From contig JAQUKX010000001.1 of assembly GCA_028718865.1 (NCBI GenBank), forward strand, positions 64,067 to 128,066: a stretch of 64,000 nt of DNA, given 5' to 3'. Below the pieces are notes generated by a model. That model was not told the origin of the DNA and searched no databases. It saw only the letters and a list, made by a program, of their open reading frames with translations. The position numbers and the translations under genes are program-made. Positions 30,701 to 40,001 of the stretch are shown in pieces. The number at the start of each line of letters is the position of its first letter. The first letter of the stretch is position 1. The DNA is from Patescibacteria group bacterium (GTDB lineage Bacteria > Patescibacteriota > Patescibacteriia > UBA1558 > GWA2-36-10).

Positions 30701-33700
30701 GGCAACGACCCTCACAGTCAAAATCGCTGCTACAAGCAATACTTGCATCTACTTCACAGACATTATTATTATTTTGAGTAATATTAATATTTAATTTAAG
30801 ATTATCCACAAATTGGCTAAAAATATTTATAGTATCCGGCCGAGCGCCAATATTATGCGCTAAAATATAAATATTGGTATACAAATTACCAGATATATTT
30901 GTACCGGCAATATAAATAGTACTGCCTACTTGCAAAGCCTGATAACCATCCACCTCTATCAAAATGCCTGGAATATTGGGGTTGGGGGCATGGCGCAAAA
31001 ACCAATCACGCACTGACAAATGCTGGTCATTTCTCATTATCCTAATACCAATAATATCAATACCTGGCTGAACATCAGCAACAGTCACTACCACTGGCGA
31101 AGAACGACTAAACTGATCGTCTCCGCCCGCACAAGCATCAGCATAAGAAGCCACTATATACTCATAAGTTTGCCCAGAAGCAACTGAAGCATCGGTATAA
31201 TTCAAAGTGGAAGTAGGCAAGGTATTTAGTAGGACATAATTACCGCCTAAAACCCGCCTATAAACCCTGAAGCCAGACGGGGGCAGCTGCAAAGGATTGC
31301 TGGGAGAAGAAGGAGTCAGCCAGCTCAAAGAAACACTATCATCAGTCACTGCTGTCACTTGTAGATTTCTTGGTGCATTAGGTATACACAAATCAATGCC
31401 TTGTTCCTGTCCCTGAGCAGAACCAATACCCAAAAAAGTCAACAGACGATTAAAAGGATTCTCTTTTGCTTGCTTTCTTTGCCGGACCGAATCTGAAGCA
31501 AACGCCAAACTGCCTAATCCGACATCCTCAATATATGAAGAAGTGATCGATGGATTAATAGTAAAAATATACTCCCGCAAACCATCGGTACTAAAATTAT
31601 CTCTAGGCGTAGGCAAATATTGCAAGTGTGGCAAAGATGTGCTACCCGGCAAACCTGAATACTGACAATAGAAAGTAGAAAAATTATAAGTTGACTCATT
31701 CCAAGGAAAGCCAGGAAGACTGGGCCAAGGATTCTCGCAGAAAAAAAGATTGATCAAGCCGCTGGCAGTGGTGGAACTGCCATCATCAGGACTACTGACT
31801 CCCGCACCTAGAGTCACTTGGCCGTTTTGACTGCCAGAAGTAACCAAAGTGTTTCCTGGTAACTGTGCCGCCGCCAAAGTAGCCAAAGAATTACTTAAAG
31901 ACCAAGTAAAATTTAGTAGGCTATTATTGAGAAGCTGGCCGGAAATACTATAGACAAAGGCCTCATAACTGCGCTGATTACCCAGCAAAGGACTGGCATC
32001 ATCAGGACAGTCATTTCTGCCTGTGCAGGTAAACCAGTCTGGAGTAGGGGCAATCCAAGCATTATGGACTCGGCAAGTTTGACCGCCCGTGCTAAAACTC
32101 CAACCCGCCTCGCCTGATAATCCCGGTGGCAAAGACGATAAGCCGGCAGATCCCGCCAAATCCAAAGGTATGTTATTTTGACTGACTACCTGACTAGCAT
32201 CTATTATCGCCATCCAAAATTGAGTATCAGCAGGCAATAAACTGCTAGGATTAAATATTGCCCGAGTTTCTCTTTCTGGATCATCATCCAAATTCATAGT
32301 AACAAAGCGGAAAGAGCCAGGTACTTCAATATAAGAACCATTGTCTTCTCTATATAATTTTATATTATTTCTAATACTCTCCTCGTTCATCCGCTCGGAA
32401 AAATCCAAATAAGGCGAAACATTGGTGCAGATATTTTGTCCAATAGGCTCACGGCCTATGATAGTAGGTGTATTATAAGAAACTGTGGTACCGCTGTTAT
32501 CAATAGTCAATAATCCAAAATCAGAGAAACTGCCGGCAATGGGATCGGTGAGTAAAACATCAACATTAGTACTACCAGACTCAAGAGCTGGTAAATCATT
32601 TCTTACTTGGACAAAACTATTACTACCTGAACCAGGTATTGAAGCTGCTCCTGAGGGAGTAGTATTACTCAAAGACCATTGATAAGTGCAATTAGGACAA
32701 TATACTGGCACGGGTCCGCAATTGGGAATATTGCTAGCCATAGCAGTAGCGTCAAATCTAGAAAGTTGTCCCAGCTGAGTAGATAGCTGTGTGTCGGGAT
32801 CTACATCAGCGCCTGACACCACGCACTGACTATCACCAGTGCTAAAATTCCAGCTAAGACTAACTGTGCTATTACCATCAGAAATAAATCCGGAGCTCAA
32901 AACTATATAATAAGTTTCTCCGGGCAGCAGAGGCCCATTGTAGCCAAAATCCATACGTCTATTGTTGGGGCTGAAAACAACAGAGTCATTAAAAATATTC
33001 GATCCGTTCGGAGCACCTTGATAAATAGCTATATTGCTGATATTAAGCGTGGCCGGCAAAACACTACGATTAAACTCCACTCTGATAATCGGATCCAAAC
33101 ACATGCCATCGCAATTCGGCCAATAATTAGTAATTGCCAAAGGCGTCTGCATAGAACCGCTAATATCCATAAGAAGTTCCCCTTGGGAAACAAAATTTTG
33201 ACCGCCATCAATTATAGTACCTAGTACTTCCGCACTACCTTGGCCAGCCAGCAAAAGATTTTGCACTCCCACTATTTGCTGATTTTGTCCACTGGCAATA
33301 TTTGCCGCTGAACTGTCCGGCAAAACAGCACCCAAAGCCCAGTTGTAAGTACAATTCTGGCAATAAACTATTGTTTCACCGCACTGGGGAGTGCTGCTGA
33401 TAGCATTAAGTCTATAATTGACAATCTGATTGGTAAGACTAGAAGTATAAGTTGACGGCGTAACCCGAGCATTGGAGATAACACACTGGTCATTACCAGT
33501 GGTAAAATCCCAGCTATAATCGGCAGCCAAAGCATTTCCCAATATATCAGTAAAACCTTGGCCCAAAGTAACACTATAAACAACGCCTGGTTGCAAAGGA
33601 ATAGGCAACTGAACATGCAAATATTGACCATTACCGGAAAAGCTATGGACAACTGGAGTAACCAGTGTAGCACCGGCTAACACCCTGATGTCATTTATAT

Positions 33701-36197
33701 CTGCGTGATTGAAAGTGGTTTGATCTATCTCCCTATTAAACCTAACCATCAATTCGGAAGTGGTGCAGGCGCCATCGCAATCAGGCGAGTGACTCAAGAC
33801 TTCCAAATTACCGCTCTCTGAGCTTATGCTCCAAGTATATTCGCAAAAATTAACTGTATCGCAACTGGTGCCACTCATACAAGAACTACCAGCGCTGGTT
33901 GGACAGCAAAGATTGCCTAATCCACTATCCATACATTGCTGATTGCTAGTGCAATTGCCGACATTAAAAGGCCAAGGATTGCTTTCGGTATTATTATTAT
34001 CTCTGACTATCGCCAATCCGGTTTGAGCATTGTTTGGCACACTAGTCATAATCTGATTATTGTTCCAAATCGAAGGAGTAGCCAAAGCGCCGTTGTAAAA
34101 AATAACACTGCCCATAGTAGCGCCAAAATTCTCCCCGACAAAAGTAACTGCCGTGCCTATTGGTCCGTTGTCTGGAGAGACATTACAGATCTGCGGTCCA
34201 GGCAAGCCGGCTAATACTTGGAAATTAACTGAATTGCTTTCAGCTTGGTCTGAATTTCTAATTACCCTAATAGGTTGTCCGCCCAAAGGCAAGCCAGAGG
34301 GCACCTTGACAATAATCCTGTCATTACGCCAATAATTACCGCCGCAAATCGCCGGAAAGCTAAAATCTCCATCTATACTGCCAAACAAAACTCTTCCTTG
34401 AGTATTGCCAAAGTTGGCTCCCATAATAGTGACATACTGGCCTATTGGGCCAGAATTTGGACTGACGCTATTGATTATAGGCAAACCACTTACTTGAGAT
34501 AAAGCTGTAAAAGGATAGGAATTACTCTCTTCTTCACTCGGAGATTCTATAACTACTCCTACATTACCCACTACATTGGGCACTTGGGCGGTATAAAGAT
34601 ATTGGGAAGAAAAATTAACCACACTGCTTTGGAAATTACCAAAATGAATCTGGCTATTATCCGCAAACTTCAAGCCATGGATGGTCACGCTTGTTTCAAA
34701 CGCGCCTGACAGGGGATCCAAACGGCAAATACCAGGCCGGTCAATGTTGTTTCTGGTAAATTGCACACCATTGCTCGTCTCTCCTCCTTCACTTATATCT
34801 TTCGTGATCGTCAATAAGCCATTTACAGCCGCTGCAGGCACAGCAATGACAATATAATTATCAGTCCAGGTATTGCTACACTGATTATTTATATCCGCCG
34901 GACGAATGCCATTGACAGTTGCGCCAGCGCCAGCGTCAAACGTCACTACTCCTTCCAAATCTCCAAAACCACTTCCATAAATGGTAATCAAATTACCTTC
35001 GTTGCCATTATCAGGAGAGATAGAATCAATCCTCGGCCCACCGGGCGTGCCGCTACCGGCACAAATAGCCGCTGGTAGACATGAATTTGACCGACAACAC
35101 CCTGAAGAACAATCGTTTCCCGAAGAACACTCTACTGTAAAAAACTCATTATCACTCTGACCACCGACTTCCACTACTACCTGACTGCTAAGAGCATTGG
35201 CCGGCACCTGGAAATTTATCAAATTATCTGTCCAATTGCTTATATTCAAATCAGTGTTGGTCAAATCAATTGTTTGATCATTTAGCCAGCCCAACATACT
35301 TAAACTTCCTTGAGTATTACCAAAGCCTATACCTTCTATATCCACGTTAATGGGCGCCGTGGCGCTATCAGGATTGAGACAATGGATATCTGGTCCAGTT
35401 ACATTACTGTCAACATTAAAGACAAAATCTGCCAGACCTGGCGGCACTTCATTTATGTTTCCCAAATCATTATAAAGATGAATGGTATAAAGGCCGTCAG
35501 TCAAGGTCAGAGGCACTCTCACATTTACTCTAGTATTTGACCAAGAATTGGCTGTTGTGCCGCCACAGACTACTAATTCAGCAACTGTTTCAGCCCCGCC
35601 AGCATCTCTTAATAAGACTCTACCATCCGCGTCCGGGTTATTATTTCCATTGGTATCAAAATTACGACCCCTGATAGTAATAGAAGCTCCCGGAGGCCCT
35701 GATTGCCTGTTTGTACTGCAAATAATAGGATTATCAGGATTAAGTGGCGCCGGACAATTACTCTGGCCGCCAGGAGGAGGAATACCATTTCCCGGTGTTC
35801 CCGGTGTTCCCGGACCAGTAGCATCATAGAGCTGATTCAGCACAAATCTAGCAATGCCATAAGAAGCCAAAATAATCACCAGACCAATAACAGCACTAAT
35901 AATCAGCATTTTGGCTCTTTGAATTTTGTCAGTTGCCCCGCGCGAGGTCATCCATAAAAATCCGCCATAAAGGAGCAGAAGCACCGCCAAAGTTCCCAAA
36001 AATCCCAAAAATATATTTATCACCAAAGCAATGGTTTCTTGAATAGACCTGGTACCCAAATAAACACCGGCATCAGCCAATTCATCAATGCCCAGCTCCT
36101 GGGCAGCTTGCGCCTGCACTTTGCTCATACTGACCAAAAACAAAGAAGAAGCGCTAAAAGTGATAAAAAATATTTTTTGCATGGCTATATTAAACAT
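27768..36197 (-). CDS. giant (2809 aa) multidomain cell-surface protein, putative adhesin
   Basis: Domain order: signal peptide, VirB2/TrbC-pilin-like two-TM anchor, Gly/Pro linker, five or more IPT/TIG domains, two Big_5/SbsA-Ig-like modules, FN3, about nine Cys-rich CGDG...CD repeats, then a C-terminal VWA domain (DIVYVFDVSGSM). Single uninterrupted ORF. Confidence 0.85.
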   Translation of the reverse strand: MFNIAMQKIFFITFSASSLFLVSMSKVQAQAAQELGIDELADAGVYLGTRSIQETIALVINIFLGFLGTLAVLLLLYGGFLWMTSRGATDKIQRAKMLIISAVIGLVIILASYGIARFVLNQLYDATGPGTPGTPGNGIPPPGGQSNCPAPLNPDNPIICSTNRQSGPPGASITIRGRNFDTNGNNNPDADGRVLLRDAGGAETVAELVVCGGTTANSWSNTRVNVRVPLTLTDGLYTIHLYNDLGNINEVPPGLADFVFNVDSNVTGPDIHCLNPDSATAPINVDIEGIGFGNTQGSLSMLGWLNDQTIDLTNTDLNISNWTDNLINFQVPANALSSQVVVEVGGQSDNEFFTVECSSGNDCSSGCCRSNSCLPAAICAGSGTPGGPRIDSISPDNGNEGNLITIYGSGFGDLEGVVTFDAGAGATVNGIRPADINNQCSNTWTDNYIVIAVPAAAVNGLLTITKDISEGGETSNGVQFTRNNIDRPGICRLDPLSGAFETSVTIHGLKFADNSQIHFGNFQSSVVNFSSQYLYTAQVPNVVGNVGVVIESPSEEESNSYPFTALSQVSGLPIINSVSPNSGPIGQYVTIMGANFGNTQGRVLFGSIDGDFSFPAICGGNYWRNDRIIVKVPSGLPLGGQPIRVIRNSDQAESNSVNFQVLAGLPGPQICNVSPDNGPIGTAVTFVGENFGATMGSVIFYNGALATPSIWNNNQIMTSVPNNAQTGLAIVRDNNNTESNPWPFNVGNCTSNQQCMDSGLGNLCCPTSAGSSCMSGTSCDTVNFCEYTWSISSESGNLEVLSHSPDCDGACTTSELMVRFNREIDQTTFNHADINDIRVLAGATLVTPVVHSFSGNGQYLHVQLPIPLQPGVVYSVTLGQGFTDILGNALAADYSWDFTTGNDQCVISNARVTPSTYTSSLTNQIVNYRLNAISSTPQCGETIVYCQNCTYNWALGAVLPDSSAANIASGQNQQIVGVQNLLLAGQGSAEVLGTIIDGGQNFVSQGELLMDISGSMQTPLAITNYWPNCDGMCLDPIIRVEFNRSVLPATLNISNIAIYQGAPNGSNIFNDSVVFSPNNRRMDFGYNGPLLPGETYYIVLSSGFISDGNSTVSLSWNFSTGDSQCVVSGADVDPDTQLSTQLGQLSRFDATAMASNIPNCGPVPVYCPNCTYQWSLSNTTPSGAASIPGSGSNSFVQVRNDLPALESGSTNVDVLLTDPIAGSFSDFGLLTIDNSGTTVSYNTPTIIGREPIGQNICTNVSPYLDFSERMNEESIRNNIKLYREDNGSYIEVPGSFRFVTMNLDDDPERETRAIFNPSSLLPADTQFWMAIIDASQVVSQNNIPLDLAGSAGLSSLPPGLSGEAGWSFSTGGQTCRVHNAWIAPTPDWFTCTGRNDCPDDASPLLGNQRSYEAFVYSISGQLLNNSLLNFTWSLSNSLATLAAAQLPGNTLVTSGSQNGQVTLGAGVSSPDDGSSTTASGLINLFFCENPWPSLPGFPWNESTYNFSTFYCQYSGLPGSTSLPHLQYLPTPRDNFSTDGLREYIFTINPSITSSYIEDVGLGSLAFASDSVRQRKQAKENPFNRLLTFLGIGSAQGQEQGIDLCIPNAPRNLQVTAVTDDSVSLSWLTPSSPSNPLQLPPSGFRVYRRVLGGNYVLLNTLPTSTLNYTDASVASGQTYEYIVASYADACAGGDDQFSRSSPVVVTVADVQPGIDIIGIRIMRNDQHLSVRDWFLRHAPNPNIPGILIEVDGYQALQVGSTIYIAGTNISGNLYTNIYILAHNIGARPDTINIFSQFVDNLKLNINITQNNNNVCEVDASIACSSDFDCEGRCLSQGLKLRRDTKRLADLVSIALRLEEYGQSHKACSGNSLMACAQDNDCPGTQTCRPYYPILGAGTYVQGMSTSPWPSWQDAFSSALGSLAAVDPINRFNGCPEGADPATCWNQSVDPNTFVCPQNSLVYLYNVLSGGQDYDLGANFEYDIYPAQYNINFVNRLRPTLSSLGINVNLGLVSYCNATNLNAPGGPASPYCGNGIVDGNEQCDGGFINACPANYDWWTPRMVGCNPPGTIGSNGNDISCTWYVPDPPFGEAECGGYCGDGTIQSYYEQCEGNNFAGDFICQSGHGLFCGQGCQAMCNQGPNAYPAARCGDGVWSAGIEQCDSSASPSGLSTWGCTNGGVASCNSSCQVTCSVGAPYAGYCGDGIVQAEEQCDYMNYSTPSPHDSGPNLAYACNTLCQFTSQYCGDGTLQSQFGENCDYLMNYSTPSPPNSTPFNQYACRPHGVGYFTYNGLNYGACSPTYGGWCGDGVWDLGNDEFCDPGDPWRGITQSPAPPSPDQSSQTNQYSCRADCLARIGGYCGDGIAQLAYSEVCDGLHYPNRPLPAQSGPDNTYTCDMTGSFMCQRSDPSGPYCGDGIRQVFFGEGCDWGPGGNNPPGGSFPWPRGSNFANFSSPNNQYECVSCGNTGGWCGDGIVQQWEQCDTGFDPAVQIEKDIDIVYVFDVSGSMYDRAVALCSSLQQVVNNLDSGAYGDIDYRISIFVMGDNDGGIVSADGSGVPGGGVYTNPVTPTYLTPITIDDIPSLSPWLGSAGWLDESQVVFKALYTDCPLRQAPYNQRVRYLSFYNNSSNDINSEVSADGDQVLYGERCQDYLNIIGNPDPGFISGHGDAAGRLSNWGYAMTKIIPDYNWLPGYHRLLIPVSDEGGYCGSNASILRANENCNPDTSFGSGTHDVLAHSIDLANSQNTKVAISPVLFTNFHAELAAHGQCLADGTGGRYLSSTTGWSAATISVINSTFCDGRGDGFMDCTLPTP

Positions 36198-36204
36198 TTT
36201 TTTA

Positions 36205-37830
36205 CTAAGGCACCTGACAATTCACTCCCGGACATTGCGAGCCAGAGGCATTATTATCACAAACACAAGACCCGCCTACTGGATCTTCGCAAGCACAAGG
36301 ATACCAGCAATTTTGCCTGGCATCTTTAATGCCGGAATTAAGCGTAACTCTATAATCAGCACTCAAATCAAAAGTGTCATGCTGAATTCTCAAAGTATCT
36401 CCCGGGCTGCCGCTGTCAATTCTCATCCAATAATTTATCAAGCCACCACCGGATCTTGTTAAATTAACGCTATTGGTATTTATAGAGCTGGAAAGAAGTG
36501 TTTTGTCAAAAACAACTCGAATAGGTTCATTTGCGCCAACGCTATTTGGCTCGTCCATACTGCTAATAACCGGCGGCGTCAAATCAATCTGATTATTAGT
36601 GGCAAACTGCCAGCCATAGCTGGTAGGCGCTACTGCAGCCACACCGCAACTCCCGGCGCAATTGAGTTGATTACCGGCCATATCACGAATATTATTGGTA
36701 ACCTCGCCGATAAAATCAGCGCCGCCGGGAAGGCAATAGACTTCTCCGCCACAGGAATTGTTGCCACAAAGGTCATCCGTCATAAACTCAATTGTCTGAT
36801 ATTGATTGGAAATAACATACTCTCCTGCTACTGGTGAACCTGCCGTACTCACCGTGATGTTGGCAAAAGAAGGGTGTATGCCCACGGCAAATAGCGGATT
36901 GACCGCTTCAGAAAAATTTATTTGCACTATACTGTTTCGAGGATTATTACTTGAATTGTGCCTAGGTTGAACTGAAATAACACGAGGCGGAGCAAGATCA
37001 AGATCGGTACTGACAGTAAAACGCCAGCTATAACCCCCAACCAGCGGAAAAGCCGCTGCTCCAGCAGCTGTACGCAAAGAAGCCAAGTCCATCCTATATC
37101 TGACATTTTCCGTATCACTGCCTAAATGACTATCGGTGTTGCCATAAGGATTAAACTCAAAAACTCGCGGACTAGCCGTATAGCTAATCAGCAAATCACT
37201 ACCGCTAATATAATTATTTGTCCCATCTATATATAACCTGATATTTGTTTCATGAGCCGGACAATCGCTAACACAACTGGCATTAGCCACAATAGTAGAA
37301 ACATCCATATCTTCTCTAAAAGTCACGTAAATATTGGTATTTCTAGGAATCCCCGTAGCATTTCTAGCCGGATAATGACTATCTAGAACTCCGCCTGACA
37401 ATCCAACGCCGCCGCTGTAGCCGCTGCCTACTCCCGAACCACCAGGCCCCTGAATAACATAACGATCATAGTTCTGTAAAATAAAGCGAGCAATAGCATA
37501 GGAAGATAATACTATTACCAAACCAATCACTCCGTTGATAATGATTCTCTTAGCTTTATCTACCTTATCGGAACTACCTCCGGACGTCATCCAAATAAAA
37601 CCGCCGTAGAGTATGATCAAGGTGGTCAAAACTCCCAAAAATCCTAAAAATATATTTATAATCAAAGCAATGGTCTGACGTATATCTCTAGTGCCCAAAT
37701 TAACGCCAGCGTCTGCCAACTCATCAATACCCAATTCTTGAGCAGCTTGAGCCAAAGATAGCTGGGGGAATAAAAAAATAACCGCCAAAAACAAAATAAA
37801 TAAAACGGTTATTTTTTTACGACTAAGCAT
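36205..37830 (-). CDS. 541-aa surface protein with the same VirB2/TrbC-pilin-like N-terminal anchor plus Big_5/Ig-like domains
   Basis: Residues about 27-110 are about 75% identical to the giant protein N-terminus. A Gly-rich linker and PPV...SbsA-Ig-like motifs follow. It ends 7 nt upstream of the giant gene. Confidence 0.75.
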   Translation of the reverse strand: MLSRKKITVLFILFLAVIFLFPQLSLAQAAQELGIDELADAGVNLGTRDIRQTIALIINIFLGFLGVLTTLIILYGGFIWMTSGGSSDKVDKAKRIIINGVIGLVIVLSSYAIARFILQNYDRYVIQGPGGSGVGSGYSGGVGLSGGVLDSHYPARNATGIPRNTNIYVTFREDMDVSTIVANASCVSDCPAHETNIRLYIDGTNNYISGSDLLISYTASPRVFEFNPYGNTDSHLGSDTENVRYRMDLASLRTAAGAAAFPLVGGYSWRFTVSTDLDLAPPRVISVQPRHNSSNNPRNSIVQINFSEAVNPLFAVGIHPSFANITVSTAGSPVAGEYVISNQYQTIEFMTDDLCGNNSCGGEVYCLPGGADFIGEVTNNIRDMAGNQLNCAGSCGVAAVAPTSYGWQFATNNQIDLTPPVISSMDEPNSVGANEPIRVVFDKTLLSSSINTNSVNLTRSGGGLINYWMRIDSGSPGDTLRIQHDTFDLSADYRVTLNSGIKDARQNCWYPCACEDPVGGSCVCDNNASGSQCPGVNCQVP

Positions 37831-37853
37831 GGGTTTTATCTTAAACTAATTAA

Positions 37854-38297
37854 TCAAAGGTCCAATTTTTCTTTTATCAGACGCTGGACCAAAGAGCCTT
37901 CGGCTCGGCCTTGCAGTCTGACCATGGCTTCTTTCATAGCCGGGCCAAAATCATTTTTGCCTTCACTAATAATCTGATCAATTATTTTACTCGCTTCTTC
38001 CTCTGAGAGCATGGCCGGCAGATAAGCCTGCAAAATCTCCGCCTCCTGCTTTTCTTTTTGGGCCAGATCAGCTCTATTGGCCTGCTGATAAGCGGCCATG
38101 GAGTCTTGTCTTTTTTTTAGCTCTTTTCTGATAAGAGCCAAGACATCATTATCGGACAATGCTTGGTGTTTTTTCTCAATAAAAAAATTCTTCAGAGCGC
38201 TTCTCAGCAAGCGCAAAGTCTGAAGCCTGATTTCATCTTTTTCTTTTAGGGCAGACTTGAGATCTTGTTCTATTTTTTCTTCCAAAGAAATATCCAT
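37854..38297 (-). CDS. yqeY: GatB/YqeY domain protein
   Basis: 147-aa ORF typical of YqeY. The rpsU-yqeY pairing is conserved. Confidence 0.8.
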   Translation of the reverse strand: MDISLEEKIEQDLKSALKEKDEIRLQTLRLLRSALKNFFIEKKHQALSDNDVLALIRKELKKRQDSMAAYQQANRADLAQKEKQEAEILQAYLPAMLSEEEASKIIDQIISEGKNDFGPAMKEAMVRLQGRAEGSLVQRLIKEKLDL

Positions 38298-38301
38298 TTA
38301 T

Positions 38302-38559
38302 CTATCGCTTTTTGTTGCTTTTTCCTTTTTTGAAGCCGCCAAAATCCTCTAGCTTACCGATGCGCTTAAGATAATCCATTTTGGTGCCTATCTTATTGCG
38401 TCTGAGAGCGCCTTCTTTTAGAGCTCGCTTGCTTTTCTCCTTGGTGAAAAATCTTACTTTTTTAGCTTGCAAAATTTTGCCGCTTTGGATTGTTTTTTTG
38501 GTAAATCTACGAATTAAACTTTCAAAAGATTCTCCGTCCTTCCTCTTTACTTCCAACAC
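38302..38559 (-). CDS. rpsU: 30S ribosomal protein S21
   Basis: 85-aa basic protein (VKRKDGESFESLIRRFTKK...) resembling S21. Confidence 0.75.
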   Translation of the reverse strand: MLEVKRKDGESFESLIRRFTKKTIQSGKILQAKKVRFFTKEKSKRALKEGALRRNKIGTKMDYLKRIGKLEDFGGFKKGKSNKKR

Positions 38560-38658
38560 TTAAAAATCACCTCCGTTTCTTAAAAATAAATTATTTAATA
38601 ATAATTTCTATTTTCTAATTTCTGCTATAATAATGACAAATTATCACTCAAAAGTCAA

Positions 38659-39996
38659 CTACTGAACTGGTTTTTTGAGCTTGATTTGCTTGGCAGCGTG
38701 AGCAGCCAGTCTTTTTTTGATTTCTGACTTGATTTTGTTGAAATCCACTACCTCTTGAACGCCACTTTCCATATCGCGAATAATAATAGTGCCGTCGCTT
38801 ATTTCCTTTTGTCCCAAAATCAAAGTAAACTTGGCACCCTTTTTATCAGCAATATCAAGCTGGTCTTTTAGGCCTTTTTTGGAAAAATTTTCCCACAGAA
38901 GCAGCTCCTCTTTTCTTAACTGTTCAAAAAGAAATAATGATTTTTTGCGAGCTTCTTGCCCTAGTTGGGCAACATAAACATCAATTTCTTTTTTTCTCGG
39001 CACTTCCACTTTGTTTTCTGCCATGGCCAAAATAATTCTTTCTACACCCAAAGCAAAACCAACGGCCGGAGTTGGCCGGCCGCCCAAATCCTCCACCAGA
39101 TAATCATAACGACCGCCGCCACCCAAGGCGCTGAGCTTGCCCTCCGGCTTATCACTCTGACTGATAAATATCTCCCAAGCTGTCCGGCTATAATAATCCA
39201 ATCCCCGGACTATAGCCGGATTGAGCACATAATTGATATTCATTTCATCAAGATATTCAACTACTGCCATAAAATGCTCTTTGCAAGGTTCGCAAAGATG
39301 ATCCAGTATCTGCGGAGCTCCTTGGGAAATCTCCTGGCATTTTTTGTTTTTACAATCCAAAAGCCGCAAAGGATTTTTGCCCAGACGCTTCAAGCAATCT
39401 TTGCATAATTCTTTTTTGTTGTCCTGATAATATTTTTTCAAAACTTTGATATACTGAGGGCGGCACTGGTTGTCGCCGATGCTGTTGACATGGATTTCTG
39501 CTTCTAGCCCCAAATCTTTGATAAGATTATAAGAAATGCCAATAAGCTGAGCATCAATCACTGGATCGCTTTCACCAAAAACCTCGCAACCGAACTGCCA
39601 AAACTGGCGGTAACGGCCGGCTTGAGGATTGTCATGGCGAAACTGCGGACCAAAATAAAAAAGCTTGACCGGCTGAGGCAAGTTGACCATGCCGTGCTCA
39701 ATATAAGCTCTGGCCACCGAAGCAGTGTTTTCCGGACGAAGCGACAGCTTATCACCACCTTGAGTGACAAAAGAATACATTTCTTTGCTGACTATATCAC
39801 TTTCTTCCCCGACTGTCCGCTTAAACAAATTGCTGAATTCCAAAATTGGCGTATCAATGCGCTTGAAGCCGTAAGCTTGCGAAATAGCATCGGCTTTTTC
39901 TTTGATAAAATCCCAATAAGGCTGATCATCGGGCAAAATGTCCTTCATGCCCTTGACCAGTTGGATTTTGTTCTTCTTGGATTTTTTGCTGCTCAT
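38659..39996 (-). CDS. hisS: histidyl-tRNA synthetase with Cys-rich insertion
   Basis: Class II motifs (FRHDNPQAGRYRQFWQFGCEVFG, GGGRYD) are present. The insertion is C-x2-C...C-x4-C...C-x2-C. Confidence 0.9.
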   Translation of the reverse strand: MSSKKSKKNKIQLVKGMKDILPDDQPYWDFIKEKADAISQAYGFKRIDTPILEFSNLFKRTVGEESDIVSKEMYSFVTQGGDKLSLRPENTASVARAYIEHGMVNLPQPVKLFYFGPQFRHDNPQAGRYRQFWQFGCEVFGESDPVIDAQLIGISYNLIKDLGLEAEIHVNSIGDNQCRPQYIKVLKKYYQDNKKELCKDCLKRLGKNPLRLLDCKNKKCQEISQGAPQILDHLCEPCKEHFMAVVEYLDEMNINYVLNPAIVRGLDYYSRTAWEIFISQSDKPEGKLSALGGGGRYDYLVEDLGGRPTPAVGFALGVERIILAMAENKVEVPRKKEIDVYVAQLGQEARKKSLFLFEQLRKEELLLWENFSKKGLKDQLDIADKKGAKFTLILGQKEISDGTIIIRDMESGVQEVVDFNKIKSEIKKRLAAHAAKQIKLKKPVQ

Positions 39997-40001
39997 AATA
40001 T

